The position numbers and the translations under genes were made by a program. The notes under the pieces were generated by a model. It was not told the origin of the DNA and made no database searches. It was given only the letters and a program-made list of their open reading frames with translations. Below are positions 31,350 through 41,784 of a stretch of 64,000 bases of DNA, piece after piece (positions within the stretch are counted from its first letter, which is position 1; every line of letters begins with the position of its first letter). Origin of the DNA: Myxococcales bacterium (GTDB lineage: Bacteria; Myxococcota_A; Polyangia; Polyangiales; DASUME01); the NCBI GenBank assembly GCA_047601445.1, contig JASGJH010000001.1:448001-512000 (forward strand). The letters run 5' to 3'.

Positions 31350-33562
31350 ACCAGCGCAAGAGCCCGCCTCCGAGCGCGCGCGAGCGCACGCCGGTGCCGC
31401 CTCGCAATGGGGAGCGCGTGGAGCCGAGGACGCAGGTAGAGAGTGCGCCGGGGCGTCGTGGCCTGCTGGTGCGCGTCTCGTTGCTCTTGCTCGTGCTGTC
31501 GCTGGCGGCCGGCAAGGTGCTGCACCGCGCCTACGAGATCCAGGTGCGCAGCCCCGAGAACTACGAGCGTCACTACCGCGAGGAAATCGAGGTCGAGGCC
31601 AAGCGCGGCAACATCTACGACCGCCGTGGCGCCGAGCTCGCCGTCAGTGTGGAGCTCGACAGCGTATTCGCCGACCCGGTCGCGCTGCGCAACAACCACC
31701 TGTTGCCCGGGGAGGTAGCCCGCGCCTTGTCGCCCGTACTGGGGATCCCCGAAGCCGCCTTGGTGCCCAAGCTCTCCACCAACAAGCGCTTCGTGTGGCT
31801 CAAGCGCCGCGTGTCGCCGCGTGAGTCCGGGGCGCTCGCGCAGCTGGGCCTGCTAGGCAAGGGCATTGCGGCTCGCAAGGAGCCCAGGCGTTTCTATCCG
31901 AACGTCACCACCGCCGCCCACGTGCTTGGTTTCACGAACGATCAGGGGCAGGGCGTGGAAGGCCTCGAGCGCACGTTCGAGACTCGTCTGCACGGGGCCG
32001 TCGACAAGGTGGCGGCCATCCTGGATGCGCGGGGTGGGGTGGTGTTTTCGGAGGAGCTCACCGAAGGGCAAAAGGCTCAGGGGCACGACCTCACGTTGAC
32101 CCTGGACCGTGAGATTCAGGTGGTCGCCGAGCGTGAGCTGGAGCTCGCGGTGCGCGCCGCCGAGGCGCGCGCGGGACACGTGGTGGTGATGGATCCGCAC
32201 ACGGGCGAGATCCTGGCGCTCGCCAACTATCCGACCTTCAACCCGAACGATCCGGGCGCGGCCGACCCCAGCGCACGCCGCAACCGCGCCGTGACCGACC
32301 GCTTCGAGCCTGGCTCGGTGGTGAAAGCCTTCACGGTGGCTGGGGCGCTCGCCGCCGGCGTGGTGGGGCCGAGCCAGCGCATCGACTGCGAAGGCGGCAC
32401 GCTGCAAGTTGGCGAGTTCCCGATCCGCGACACGCACCACTGGGACGAGCTGACCCCCGCCGAAATCCTCGCGTACTCGAGCAACATCGGCACCGCCAAG
32501 ATCGGCGCCGCGCTCGGGCGTCCTGGGCTGTTCCGCGTGCTGCGCCGCTTCGGCTTCGGCACCCGCACCGAGCTCGACCTGCCCGCGGAGGCCGAGGGCA
32601 TGCTGCGCCACTACAAGCGCTGGTATGACATGGACGCCGCCACGATCTCCTTCGGGCAGGGCATGAGCGCCACCAGCGTGCAACTCGCCACGGCCATGGC
32701 CGCCATCGCCAACGGCGGCCGACTGATGAAGCCCCTCCTGGTGTCGCGTGTGACGGACTCCCAGGGCAACGTGGTGGAAGAAATGACGCCGAGCGTGCGC
32801 CGGCAGGTGGTGCCGTCCCATGTGGCGCGCTTGGTGGGCGACATGTTGACCGGTGTCACGGCATCGGGCGGTACGGGTGAGGCGGCTGCCATGGAAGGCT
32901 ACCTGGTGGCTGGCAAGACCGGGACCGCGCAAAAGGCGGACTTCGCGCGCGGTGGCTATGCGCCCGACGCCTGGACGGCGACCTTCGTGGGCTTCGTGCC
33001 TGCCAATCGTCCGCGCCTGGTGATCTCGGTGGTGATCGACGAGCCCGTCATCGAGCACTACGGCGGGACCATCGCCGGGCCGGTGTTTCGCCGCGTGGCC
33101 GCCGAGGCGCTGCGTCACCTCGGCGTACCGCCTGCCCAGGGCGGGGCCAAGCTCGCCGAGCTGGTCAAGAACCTGCGCGACGAGAAGCAGGCCGAGCTCG
33201 CTGACACTGCCGCGGAGCAAACACCGACCGCAGGCGAGCCCGCGCCCAAGCTCGACAGCGCGCAGCTCGAGCCGGCCACGCTCGCTGCCGCAGCGAACGA
33301 TCAGATCGAGGTGCCGCGCCTGAAGGGGCTGGGCGCGCGTGCCGCCCTGGTCGCGCTGCGCCGGCTCGGCCTCGACGCGAACCTGTCCGGATCCGGTGTG
33401 GTCGCAGAGCAGTCGCCCGAAGCCGGCAAGCGCACGGCGCGCGGGACCAGTGTGCAGCTCGTGCTCAAGGAGCTCGGCCGCGAGCCCGTCCAGAGCAAGG
33501 AGCGGGTGACCGGCAACACCTTGGCTTCGGTGGCGCCCATCGAGATCGAGGCGCTGCCATGA
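31346..33562 (+). CDS. ftsI: Division transpeptidase PBP3/FtsI with C-terminal PASTA domain
   Basis: RGNIYDRRG, EPGSVVK (SxxK), SSNIG, KTGTAQ; ATG 31346 overlaps the ftsL stop. Confidence 0.94.
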   Translation: MNQRKSPPPSARERTPVPPRNGERVEPRTQVESAPGRRGLLVRVSLLLLVLSLAAGKVLHRAYEIQVRSPENYERHYREEIEVEAKRGNIYDRRGAELAVSVELDSVFADPVALRNNHLLPGEVARALSPVLGIPEAALVPKLSTNKRFVWLKRRVSPRESGALAQLGLLGKGIAARKEPRRFYPNVTTAAHVLGFTNDQGQGVEGLERTFETRLHGAVDKVAAILDARGGVVFSEELTEGQKAQGHDLTLTLDREIQVVAERELELAVRAAEARAGHVVVMDPHTGEILALANYPTFNPNDPGAADPSARRNRAVTDRFEPGSVVKAFTVAGALAAGVVGPSQRIDCEGGTLQVGEFPIRDTHHWDELTPAEILAYSSNIGTAKIGAALGRPGLFRVLRRFGFGTRTELDLPAEAEGMLRHYKRWYDMDAATISFGQGMSATSVQLATAMAAIANGGRLMKPLLVSRVTDSQGNVVEEMTPSVRRQVVPSHVARLVGDMLTGVTASGGTGEAAAMEGYLVAGKTGTAQKADFARGGYAPDAWTATFVGFVPANRPRLVISVVIDEPVIEHYGGTIAGPVFRRVAAEALRHLGVPPAQGGAKLAELVKNLRDEKQAELADTAAEQTPTAGEPAPKLDSAQLEPATLAAAANDQIEVPRLKGLGARAALVALRRLGLDANLSGSGVVAEQSPEAGKRTARGTSVQLVLKELGREPVQSKERVTGNTLASVAPIEIEALP

Positions 33563-35076
33563 ACACTTCGCTGCGGGAGCTGAGCGCGCTCGTGCCCTCT
33601 GCGTACGTGCAGGGCGACGACCTGGTTCAGGTCTCGGGCGTCACCAGCGACTCGCGCGCCGTCGTGCCAGGGGATCTCTTCGTGGCCCTGGTGGGCGGCA
33701 CCCACGATGGCACGCGCTTTGCGCCGGGTGCCATCGAGCGCGGTGCACGTGCGGTGCTGTCCGCGCGACCGCTGACGCTGCAGGTGCCCACGCTCGTCGT
33801 GGACGATGTGCGCGCCGCGCTGGGGCCCATCGCACAGCGTGTGTGCGGAGAGCCCACGCGTGCCATGCCCACGGTGGGCATCACGGGGACCAACGGCAAG
33901 ACCACGGTGTCCTATTTGCTCGAGAGCGTGCTCGCACGGGCCGGCATGCTTCCGGCACTGCTCGGCACCGTGGCGCTGCGTGGACCCGCGGGGGAACAAC
34001 CCGCCCAGCTCACCACCCCCGAGGCCGACGCCATCGCGCGCTTTGCCCAGGAACAGCGCCAGGCAGGAGCGCGCTCGCTGGTGATGGAGGTCTCGAGTCA
34101 TGCACTCGAGCAGGGCCGGGTTCGGGGCATGCACTTCGAGGTCGCCGCCTTCACCAACCTCACCCAGGATCATCTGGATTACCACGGCACCATGGAGGCC
34201 TACGGCGCGGCCAAGGTCCGTCTGTTCACCGAGTATGCGCCGCCCGCCAGCGTCATCATGGTGGACCAGGCCTTCGGCTGGGCCCTGGCCGAGCGTGTGC
34301 GTGCACTGCCGGGCCAGCGTGTCTTCACGTGCTCGGCCGACCCGAGCGGCGAAGGCGCAGACTTCCAGGTGCGCGAGTACGCGTCGCTGCGCACGGGCAT
34401 CAAGGCCAGGCTCACCACGCCTCAGGGAGAACTCGGGTTGACGAGTCCGCTGTTCGGCGCGCACAACCTCGAGAACCTGCTGGTCGTGCTCGGTTGCGCG
34501 CACGCGCTCGGGGTCGACCTCGCGGTCGCTGTGGACGCGCTCGCTACGGCCGTGGGAGCGCCCGGTCGTCTCGAGCGAGTGGATCACCCTGGCGACGTGC
34601 TGGTCCTGGTGGACTATGCACACACACCGGACGCCCTCGAGCGCGCGCTGCGCGCGTTGCGTCCTCTCACGCGCGGCCGTCTGTTCGCGGTGTGTGGCTG
34701 CGGAGGTGATCGCGATCGCACGAAGCGCGCCCCCATGGGCGAAGCCGCTGCCCGCGAGGCCGATCTGGCCATCCTTACCAGCGACAACCCACGCACCGAA
34801 GATCCCAAGGCCATCCTTGCCGAGATGGAGCCCGGTGCGCAGAGGGCCAAGCCCAGGATCGACGAAAGCGCATTGGCCGAGGCCAGCAGCGGCTACACGG
34901 TCGTGGTCGATCGCACGCGGGCCATCGAGCTCGCCATGGCCGCCGCCAAGCCGGGTGACAGTGTGCTGCTGGCGGGCAAGGGGCACGAGACCTACCAGAT
35001 CGTCGGCAAGACCAAGCACGACTTCGACGACCGGCGCGAGGCCGCGCGCGCCGTCGCGTCGCTGAGGAAGAGCTGA
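33559..35076 (+). CDS. murE: UDP-MurNAc-tripeptide synthetase (meso-DAP type)
   Basis: GITGTNGKTT, MEVSSH, DHLDYH, DYAHTPD, DNPR, GKGHE. Confidence 0.96.
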   Translation: MNTSLRELSALVPSAYVQGDDLVQVSGVTSDSRAVVPGDLFVALVGGTHDGTRFAPGAIERGARAVLSARPLTLQVPTLVVDDVRAALGPIAQRVCGEPTRAMPTVGITGTNGKTTVSYLLESVLARAGMLPALLGTVALRGPAGEQPAQLTTPEADAIARFAQEQRQAGARSLVMEVSSHALEQGRVRGMHFEVAAFTNLTQDHLDYHGTMEAYGAAKVRLFTEYAPPASVIMVDQAFGWALAERVRALPGQRVFTCSADPSGEGADFQVREYASLRTGIKARLTTPQGELGLTSPLFGAHNLENLLVVLGCAHALGVDLAVAVDALATAVGAPGRLERVDHPGDVLVLVDYAHTPDALERALRALRPLTRGRLFAVCGCGGDRDRTKRAPMGEAAAREADLAILTSDNPRTEDPKAILAEMEPGAQRAKPRIDESALAEASSGYTVVVDRTRAIELAMAAAKPGDSVLLAGKGHETYQIVGKTKHDFDDRREAARAVASLRKS

Positions 35077-36518
35077 TGGCGACTCCCATCCCACGCAATC
35101 AGGTGCGCTTTACGTTGGCGGAGATCGCCGCCGCCACCGGCGGCCGACTGCTGCATGGCGATCCCGAGTCGAGCATCGAAGGCGTGACCATCGACTCGCG
35201 CGCAGTGGTGCCGGGCAATCTGTTCGTGGCCATTCGTGGTGGCAGCCAAGATGGCGCGCGCTTCTTGCCTCAGGCGATCTCGAGCGGTGCTCACGCGGTG
35301 CTCGTGCAAACCGGCACGAATTGCCCACAAAACGTGGCCTGCATCGAGGTCCGCGATACGACGTATGCACTCGGAGATCTGGCCCGCTTCCACCGAAAGC
35401 GCTGGGGCGGCTTGACCGTCGCCATCACGGGCTCGGCCGGAAAGACCACGACCAAGGAGCTAACTGCCGCAGCGCTCACTGGAATTGGCAAGAGCGTGCT
35501 CAAGTCGCTCGGCAACCTAAACAATCAGTTCGGCGTGCCAATGATGGTCTTTTGTCTCTCGGACCTGCACGATACGGCCGTGTTCGAGGTTGGGACCAGC
35601 GGTCGCGGGGAGATCGCTCGACTCGGTGAGATCGTGCAGCCGGACGTGGCCGTGGTGTTGCTCGCAGCACTCGCGCACACGGCGGGTATTGGCACGCTCG
35701 CCGACGTGGCGGACGAGAAGGCGTCCTTGTGGGGCTCGTTGGGTCCGGAGGGCGTGGCGATCGTGAATGCCGACGATACCGAGCTGAACGCGCGCGTGCG
35801 GACCGATGTAACCACGCTCGCATTTGGGCGGGCTCCCGACGCCGACGTGCGGCTGCTCTCGTCTTCACTGTCGCTTTGGGGCACCCAGGCCAAGCTCGAG
35901 ATCGAAGGCTTCGGTGAGCTCGATTTGAGTCTGCCCTTGGTGGGCCATGCAGCAGCCCTCGATGCAGCGGCGGCGCTCGCGGTGGTGCTCGCGCTCAAGG
36001 GGGTGAGCGCGCTGCCGCCCGCGGCGGCCGGGCTCGGGCAAGTCCAGCAGACGGCGGGACGCATGGTCCCGTACTCCACGCCCGACGGCGTCTATGTGAT
36101 TGACGACTCCTACAACGCCAACCCGCACTCGACGGCCGTCAGCCTCGAGGCGCTCGCGGCGCTGGCCAAGAACATCGGCGGTCACAGCATCGCAGTGCTG
36201 GGGGACATGAAGGAACTCGGCAGCGACTCCTTGCGCGAGCACAGCCGGGTCGGAGAGCTCGCCGTGAAGCTCGGCGTCGACGTCTTGATCGGCACCGGTC
36301 CCGAGATGGCCCATGGCACCGCGGCTGCGGCGCGGCTATCGGCGGGGCGACTGGCTCCGCATCCCACCCGGGTGGTCCAGCTGTTCGACCCGCTGCATGC
36401 CGTGGCAGTGGTCAAGAGTCTGTGGCGCCCCGGCGACGTGGTCCTGGTGAAGGGTTCGCGCTCCACGGCCATGGAGCGCGTGGTGCGCGCCCTGTGTGAA
36501 GAGGAGAAGCGCTCGTGA
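35076..36518 (+). CDS. murF: UDP-MurNAc-pentapeptide synthetase
   Basis: AITGSAGKTTTKE, DDSYNANP, LGDMKELG, LVKGSR. Confidence 0.93.
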   Translation: MATPIPRNQVRFTLAEIAAATGGRLLHGDPESSIEGVTIDSRAVVPGNLFVAIRGGSQDGARFLPQAISSGAHAVLVQTGTNCPQNVACIEVRDTTYALGDLARFHRKRWGGLTVAITGSAGKTTTKELTAAALTGIGKSVLKSLGNLNNQFGVPMMVFCLSDLHDTAVFEVGTSGRGEIARLGEIVQPDVAVVLLAALAHTAGIGTLADVADEKASLWGSLGPEGVAIVNADDTELNARVRTDVTTLAFGRAPDADVRLLSSSLSLWGTQAKLEIEGFGELDLSLPLVGHAAALDAAAALAVVLALKGVSALPPAAAGLGQVQQTAGRMVPYSTPDGVYVIDDSYNANPHSTAVSLEALAALAKNIGGHSIAVLGDMKELGSDSLREHSRVGELAVKLGVDVLIGTGPEMAHGTAAAARLSAGRLAPHPTRVVQLFDPLHAVAVVKSLWRPGDVVLVKGSRSTAMERVVRALCEEEKRS

Positions 36519-37642
36519 TCTACTACCTCCTCTATCCCCTGAGCGACCATCCGGCGCTCTCGTACTTGAACGTTCTCCGGTACATCCCGTTCCGCGTGCT
36601 GGCGGCCACCATGACCGCCATGTTCCTCACCTTCGGCTTGTATCCCTGGTTCATCCGCCGCCTGCAGAGCAAGCAGATCGGCCAGGTGGTGCGCAAGGAG
36701 GGCCTCGAGAGTCACTTCTCGAAGGCCGGTACGCCCACCATGGGTGGCGCGCTGATCCTGTTGGCCCTGGTCACCTCCACGGTGCTCTGGGCCGACCCCC
36801 AGAACGTGATGGTGTGGCTCGTCACGGCCGTCACCGCCTTGTACGGCGGCATCGGCTACGTCGACGACGCGGCGAAGATCCGCAAGCGCCACAGCGGTGG
36901 CCTGGCCGGGCGCTACAAGCTGCTGATCCAGTTCGCGGTGGCCTTCGCGGTGCTGGGTTACCTCTGGTACGGCGAGACCGGGCTGCCCTCCGACTGGGTG
37001 CAGATCCGCGACCGCCTGAGCATCCCCTTCGTGGCCTTCGACAAGCATCCGGTGAGCCTGCCCACCTGGCTCTACGTGCTGTTCGCAGCGATTTACCTGG
37101 CTGGCATGTCCAACGCGGTGAACCTGACCGATGGTCTGGATGGCCTGGCCATCGGCCCGGTGATGATCAACGCCGCTACCTACGGCATCCTCGCGTACGT
37201 CGCGGGCGTGGTCTTCTTCGGCAACGACCTGGCCGAGTACCTGCAGATCCCCTCGATCGAGAGCGTGGGCGAGCTGGCCATCTACTGCGGAGCGCTCATC
37301 GGCGCGGGCGTCGGCTTCCTCTGGTACAACACCTATCCAGCCCAGGTGTTCATGGGTGACGTGGGCTCCCTGGCTCTCGGTGGCGGCATCGGCATGCTGG
37401 CCATCTGCACCAAGAACGAGCTGCTCTCGCTGGTGCTCGGCGGCATCTTCGTGGTGGAGGCGGTCAGCGTCATCACCCAGGTGACCTCGTTCAAGCTCAC
37501 CGGCAAGCGCATCTTCTTGATGGCCCCGATCCACCATCACTTCGAGAAGAAGGGTTGGCCGGAACCGCGAGTCATCGTTCGCTTTTGGATCATCTCCATC
37601 ATGCTCGCCATCGCGAGCCTGGCGACCTTGAAGCTGAGGTGA
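36515..37642 (+). CDS. mraY: Phospho-MurNAc-pentapeptide transferase
   Basis: GTPTMGG, NAVNLTDGLDGL, FMGDVGS, MAPIHHHFE. Confidence 0.97.
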   Translation: MIYYLLYPLSDHPALSYLNVLRYIPFRVLAATMTAMFLTFGLYPWFIRRLQSKQIGQVVRKEGLESHFSKAGTPTMGGALILLALVTSTVLWADPQNVMVWLVTAVTALYGGIGYVDDAAKIRKRHSGGLAGRYKLLIQFAVAFAVLGYLWYGETGLPSDWVQIRDRLSIPFVAFDKHPVSLPTWLYVLFAAIYLAGMSNAVNLTDGLDGLAIGPVMINAATYGILAYVAGVVFFGNDLAEYLQIPSIESVGELAIYCGALIGAGVGFLWYNTYPAQVFMGDVGSLALGGGIGMLAICTKNELLSLVLGGIFVVEAVSVITQVTSFKLTGKRIFLMAPIHHHFEKKGWPEPRVIVRFWIISIMLAIASLATLKLR

Positions 37643-37646
37643 ACCG

Positions 37647-39014
37647 ATGTCGGTGAAGCTTGCAGGAGCACGCGTGACGGTGGTGGGGCTCGGCCTGAGC
37701 GGCCTGGCGGCCGCTCGCTTGCTCGTGTCCAAGGGCGCCCAGGTCACGATCAACGATGCCCGCGACGAAGCGGCCCTCGGTGAGCGCGCGAAAGAAGCGG
37801 CCAAGCTCGGTGTGCAGCTCGACCTCGGCGGGCACGATGCCACCCGGCTCTCGCAGAACGACTTCATCGTGGTCTCCCCCGGCGTGCCACCGCTCGAGGC
37901 GCTGGCTAGCGCCGAGGCGCGGGGCGTGCGCATCTACAGCGAAGTGGAGCTCGCTTCCTGGTTCGTGAAGGGCACGGTGGTCGGCATCACCGGCACCAAC
38001 GGCAAGAGCACGGTCACCACCCTGGTCGGCGAGATGTGTAAGGCCACGGGTAGGCCCACCTTCGTGGGCGGGAACCTGGGGACGCCTCTCGTGGACGTGG
38101 TGGGCTCCGAGGCCGCGCAAGAGAACGGCTACCTGGTGGTCGAGCTGTCGAGCTTCCAACTCGAGCGCATCGAACGCTTCCGGGCCCACGTCGGCGTGAT
38201 CCTGAACGTCACGGACGATCACCTCGATCGCTACGCGGGCTTTGCAGACTACGCCGCCGCCAAGGGACGGCTGTTCGCCACCCAGCTCAAGGCCGATCAC
38301 GCCGTGGCTCCCAGCGGGGACTCCCTGTGCGTGTCGCTGGCGGCGGTTTCGCCTGGTACCCATCACCTGTTCGCTGGCCAGGACGGCTCGGTGCGGGTCG
38401 AGGACGGCACGCTGCGCGATCACGTCAGCGGTCTCAGCTTGCCCGTGTCGGAGATCGGCATCCAGGGAGCTCACAACCTGGACAACGCGTGCGCCGCGGC
38501 GCTGGCTGCCCGTCTCGCCGGCGTGGAGCCGGCCACCATCGCTCGGGTGCTGCGCGAGTTCAAGGGGCTCGCCCACCGCATGCAGCACGTGGCCCAGCTC
38601 TCGGGGGTGACCTACTTCGACGACAGCAAGGCCACCAACGTCGGTGCCTCGGTCGCCGCCATCGTGGGGTTGGGACGTCAGCAGATCAAAGTCGTGCTGA
38701 TCGCGGGCGGCAAGGACAAGGGCGGCAGTTACGCACCCTTGCGCGAGGTGATGGAAGCCCATGGGGCAGGGGTGGTGCTCATCGGCGAGGCATCGAACTT
38801 GATCGCCGATGCCTTCGAGGGCGTGCCGATGCCGGTCGTGCGTGCCGGCAGCATGGGCGACGCCGTGCGGAAAGCGCGCGATCTAGCCAAGCCAGGGGAC
38901 GCTGTGTTGCTCGCACCGGCCTGTGCCAGCTTCGACATGTTCCGCTCCTACGCCCATCGCGGCGACGTCTTCAAAGAGGAAGTGTTGACGCTCGGTGCGG
39001 AGGCCAAGCCATGA
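37647..39014 (+). CDS. murD: UDP-MurNAc-L-Ala:D-Glu ligase
   Basis: GLGLSG, GTNGKST, ELSSFQL, DHLDRY, DSKATN, PACASFD. Confidence 0.96.
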   Translation: MSVKLAGARVTVVGLGLSGLAAARLLVSKGAQVTINDARDEAALGERAKEAAKLGVQLDLGGHDATRLSQNDFIVVSPGVPPLEALASAEARGVRIYSEVELASWFVKGTVVGITGTNGKSTVTTLVGEMCKATGRPTFVGGNLGTPLVDVVGSEAAQENGYLVVELSSFQLERIERFRAHVGVILNVTDDHLDRYAGFADYAAAKGRLFATQLKADHAVAPSGDSLCVSLAAVSPGTHHLFAGQDGSVRVEDGTLRDHVSGLSLPVSEIGIQGAHNLDNACAAALAARLAGVEPATIARVLREFKGLAHRMQHVAQLSGVTYFDDSKATNVGASVAAIVGLGRQQIKVVLIAGGKDKGGSYAPLREVMEAHGAGVVLIGEASNLIADAFEGVPMPVVRAGSMGDAVRKARDLAKPGDAVLLAPACASFDMFRSYAHRGDVFKEEVLTLGAEAKP

Positions 39015-40462
39015 GCAAGGTCACCCTCACGCGCAGCACCTCGCCCGCGCCGCGGACCGAGCCCGATCGCGCGCGTACGCGGGCCCGAACGCGTACGAAG
39101 CCAGAGACCGATGCCAGCGTGCCCAATCAGCGCGCCGCCGCCGCTCGGGCCTCCGAGAACGCGGGGCGCCCCGTGGTCCTCGAGCTCACCCTACGGGAGC
39201 GGCTCATGCGGATCGCCCAGGGCAAGCACTGGCCCAAGGTGACGGGCGGTGCCGATCCCATGTTGTTCGGCGCAGTGATCGCCCTGATCGTGCTCGGGGT
39301 GGTGATGGTCTACAGCGCGAGCTCGGTGCGCGCGGTGCGCGTGTTCGGCGACGGGCACCACTATCTCTTGCGCCAGGCGGCCTATGCCGCCATCGGTCTG
39401 CCGCTGCTGTTGGTGCTGGCGCGCCTCGACTACCACTTCTATCGCCCGTTCGCGAAGCCGGTGTTGGCGCTGGCCGTGGGCCTGTTGCTCATGGTGATCT
39501 TCGGGTTGGGCCACAACGCGGGCGGCGCTTCGCGCTGGATCCAGCTGGGCCCGGTGAACGTCCAGCCGGCCGAGGTGACCAAGCTCGCCCTCATCCTGTG
39601 GCTGGCGGACTCGCTCGCGAAGAAGGTGGATCGCATCCGCAGCTTCTCGGTGGGCTTCTTGCCGCATGTGTTGATCGCAGGCTTCCTGGTGGTGCTGTGC
39701 ATGGCGCAGCCGGACTTCGGGAGCAGCGTCATCCTGATGCTGTTGACGTTCGTCCTGCTGTTCACGGCGGGTGCGAAGATCGGTTACATGCTGGCCGGCG
39801 CCGCCGTTGCCCTGCCGATCGCGTATTTGCTCGTGCGATCGTCCGAGTACCGCTGGCAGCGCATCATCGCCTTCACCGATCCGCTCAAGTACCGCATGAG
39901 TGGCGGCTATCAGATCGTGGAGTCCTGGATGAGCTTCGGGGCTGGCGGCGTGGCTGGCGTGGGGCTCGGAGACAGCCGGCAAAAAATGCTGTTTTTGCCG
40001 GAAGCTCACACGGATTTCATCGCCGCCATCGTGGCCGAGGAGCTGGGCTTCGTGGGCTTCTGCTTGCTGGTGACGGGCTTCGTGGTGATCGTGATTCGCG
40101 GTGCCCGCTCGGCCCTGCGCTCGGTCGACGACTACGGCACCTACCTGGCGATCGGCCTCACCATGTTCATCGGCATTCAGGCCGTGACCAACCTGGCGGT
40201 GGTGCTCGGATTGCTGCCGACCAAAGGTTTGACGTTACCTTTCTTGAGTTTTGGTGGATCTTCGCTGCTCGTGAACTGCTCCGCGGTGGGAATCCTCCTG
40301 AACATCTCGCGGCCACGGCAACGCGCCGAGGCAGCAGAGGGCGCCGTCGCTCACGGTTCCGCGACAGTGCCGGGTTCGAGCCAGGGGAGTCCGCTGCGCG
40401 AGCGCAATCGCCGTACCAGGGAGTCTCTCGGTGAGTCGGGGTTGACGGGAGGGGCGCGATGA
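39011..40462 (+). CDS. ftsW: Peptidoglycan polymerase FtsW
   Basis: MVYSAS, QPAEVTK, QPDFG, LPEAHTDFI, PTKGLTLPFLSFGGSS; ATG 39011 overlaps the murD stop. Confidence 0.95.
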   Translation: MSKVTLTRSTSPAPRTEPDRARTRARTRTKPETDASVPNQRAAAARASENAGRPVVLELTLRERLMRIAQGKHWPKVTGGADPMLFGAVIALIVLGVVMVYSASSVRAVRVFGDGHHYLLRQAAYAAIGLPLLLVLARLDYHFYRPFAKPVLALAVGLLLMVIFGLGHNAGGASRWIQLGPVNVQPAEVTKLALILWLADSLAKKVDRIRSFSVGFLPHVLIAGFLVVLCMAQPDFGSSVILMLLTFVLLFTAGAKIGYMLAGAAVALPIAYLLVRSSEYRWQRIIAFTDPLKYRMSGGYQIVESWMSFGAGGVAGVGLGDSRQKMLFLPEAHTDFIAAIVAEELGFVGFCLLVTGFVVIVIRGARSALRSVDDYGTYLAIGLTMFIGIQAVTNLAVVLGLLPTKGLTLPFLSFGGSSLLVNCSAVGILLNISRPRQRAEAAEGAVAHGSATVPGSSQGSPLRERNRRTRESLGESGLTGGAR

Positions 40463-41781
40463 TCGAACGCATCATCTTGGCGGGCGGCGGCACCGGCGGG
40501 CATCTCTTTCCTGGCATCGCGGTGTTCGAGGAGTTGAGACGGCGCGAGCCCGAGCTCGAAGCCATCTTCGTGGGCACGGCGCGCGGCATCGAGACCAAGG
40601 TCATCCCGCAGATCGGCGAGCGCCTCGTGTGCCTCGACGTGGGCCCGCTCAAGGGACGCACCAGGACCGAGTTCGCGAAGAACCTGGCGGGGCTGCCGCA
40701 GGCAGGGGTTGAGGCCGCCAAGCTGTTGCGCTCTTTCCGTCCGAGTCTGGTCCTCGGCATGGGTGGCTACGCAGCAGGCCCCATGGTGGGCGCCGCGGCC
40801 TTGCTCGGCATCCCCACGGTGCTGCTCGAGCAGAACGCTCACGTGGGCTTGACCAACCGACTCCTGGCGCGCGTCGTCGACCGCGCTTACCTCAGCTTCG
40901 ACGAGACACAGCGCTACTTCCCGGGCGGCCGTGGTCGCGTGGTAGGCAACCCCATTCGGCGCAGCTTCGTGGGCCTGGGCAACATGGCGCGCATGGACCC
41001 CGCGGGCTTCGAGATGCGGGCCCGCAAGATCCTGGTGATGGGCGGCTCCCAGGGAGCTCGCGCGCTGAACCAGGTGGTCCCGGAGGCGCTCGCCAGGGCG
41101 GGGCTCGCCAGCCGCGGGGTCGAAATCGTGCACCAGGCCGGCCACGCGATGGCCGATGCCGTGCGCGCCAAGTACGAGTCGTTGGGTCTCAGCGCCCACG
41201 TAACGCCCTTCATCGACGACATGGCCAAGGTCTACGCTTCCTCGGCCCTGGTGATCGGGCGCGCGGGTGCCAGCTCGCTGGCAGAGATCTGCGCGGTCGG
41301 TCGCCCGTCCATTCTGATTCCTTTCCCGGCCGCGGCCGACGATCACCAGTGGCACAACGCCCAGGCGCTGGCCTCGCGCGGCGCGGCCGTGGCGATTCGC
41401 GAAGCCGAGCTGACGCCCGAGCTACTTGCCGAGCACGTCGCACGCCTGCTGTCGCAGCCCGAGCTGCGCCGCAGTATGGCCGACGCGGCCCGCTCCATGG
41501 GGCGGCCCGATGCGGCGGCGGCCATCGTGGACGATCTGTTGTCCTGGCTCGGCGGAAGCTCCGGAGATGCTGAACGGGGAGGGGGGGCCGCCGATCCCGG
41601 CGCCGATGACGCCGATGCGGAGGGGCCAGGCGGTGAGCCTCCATTGCGACGGATGGGGAGCTTTCCACCCGACAGCAACGAGCGAGCGGCCAGTGCGCGC
41701 CGTCGCGGGACGCGCCGTTCCTCGGCCTGGAGTCAGCCAGATCGTTACTACGGCACCAAGGCCGTCGGAGTCTGGGAGTAA
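40459..41781 (+). CDS. murG: MurG GlcNAc transferase with C-terminal extension
   Basis: GGGTGGH, EQN, GNPIR, GGSQGA, RAGASS, HQWHNA. Confidence 0.95.
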   Translation: MIERIILAGGGTGGHLFPGIAVFEELRRREPELEAIFVGTARGIETKVIPQIGERLVCLDVGPLKGRTRTEFAKNLAGLPQAGVEAAKLLRSFRPSLVLGMGGYAAGPMVGAAALLGIPTVLLEQNAHVGLTNRLLARVVDRAYLSFDETQRYFPGGRGRVVGNPIRRSFVGLGNMARMDPAGFEMRARKILVMGGSQGARALNQVVPEALARAGLASRGVEIVHQAGHAMADAVRAKYESLGLSAHVTPFIDDMAKVYASSALVIGRAGASSLAEICAVGRPSILIPFPAAADDHQWHNAQALASRGAAVAIREAELTPELLAEHVARLLSQPELRRSMADAARSMGRPDAAAAIVDDLLSWLGGSSGDAERGGGAADPGADDADAEGPGGEPPLRRMGSFPPDSNERAASARRRGTRRSSAWSQPDRYYGTKAVGVWE

Positions 41782-41784
41782 GCC

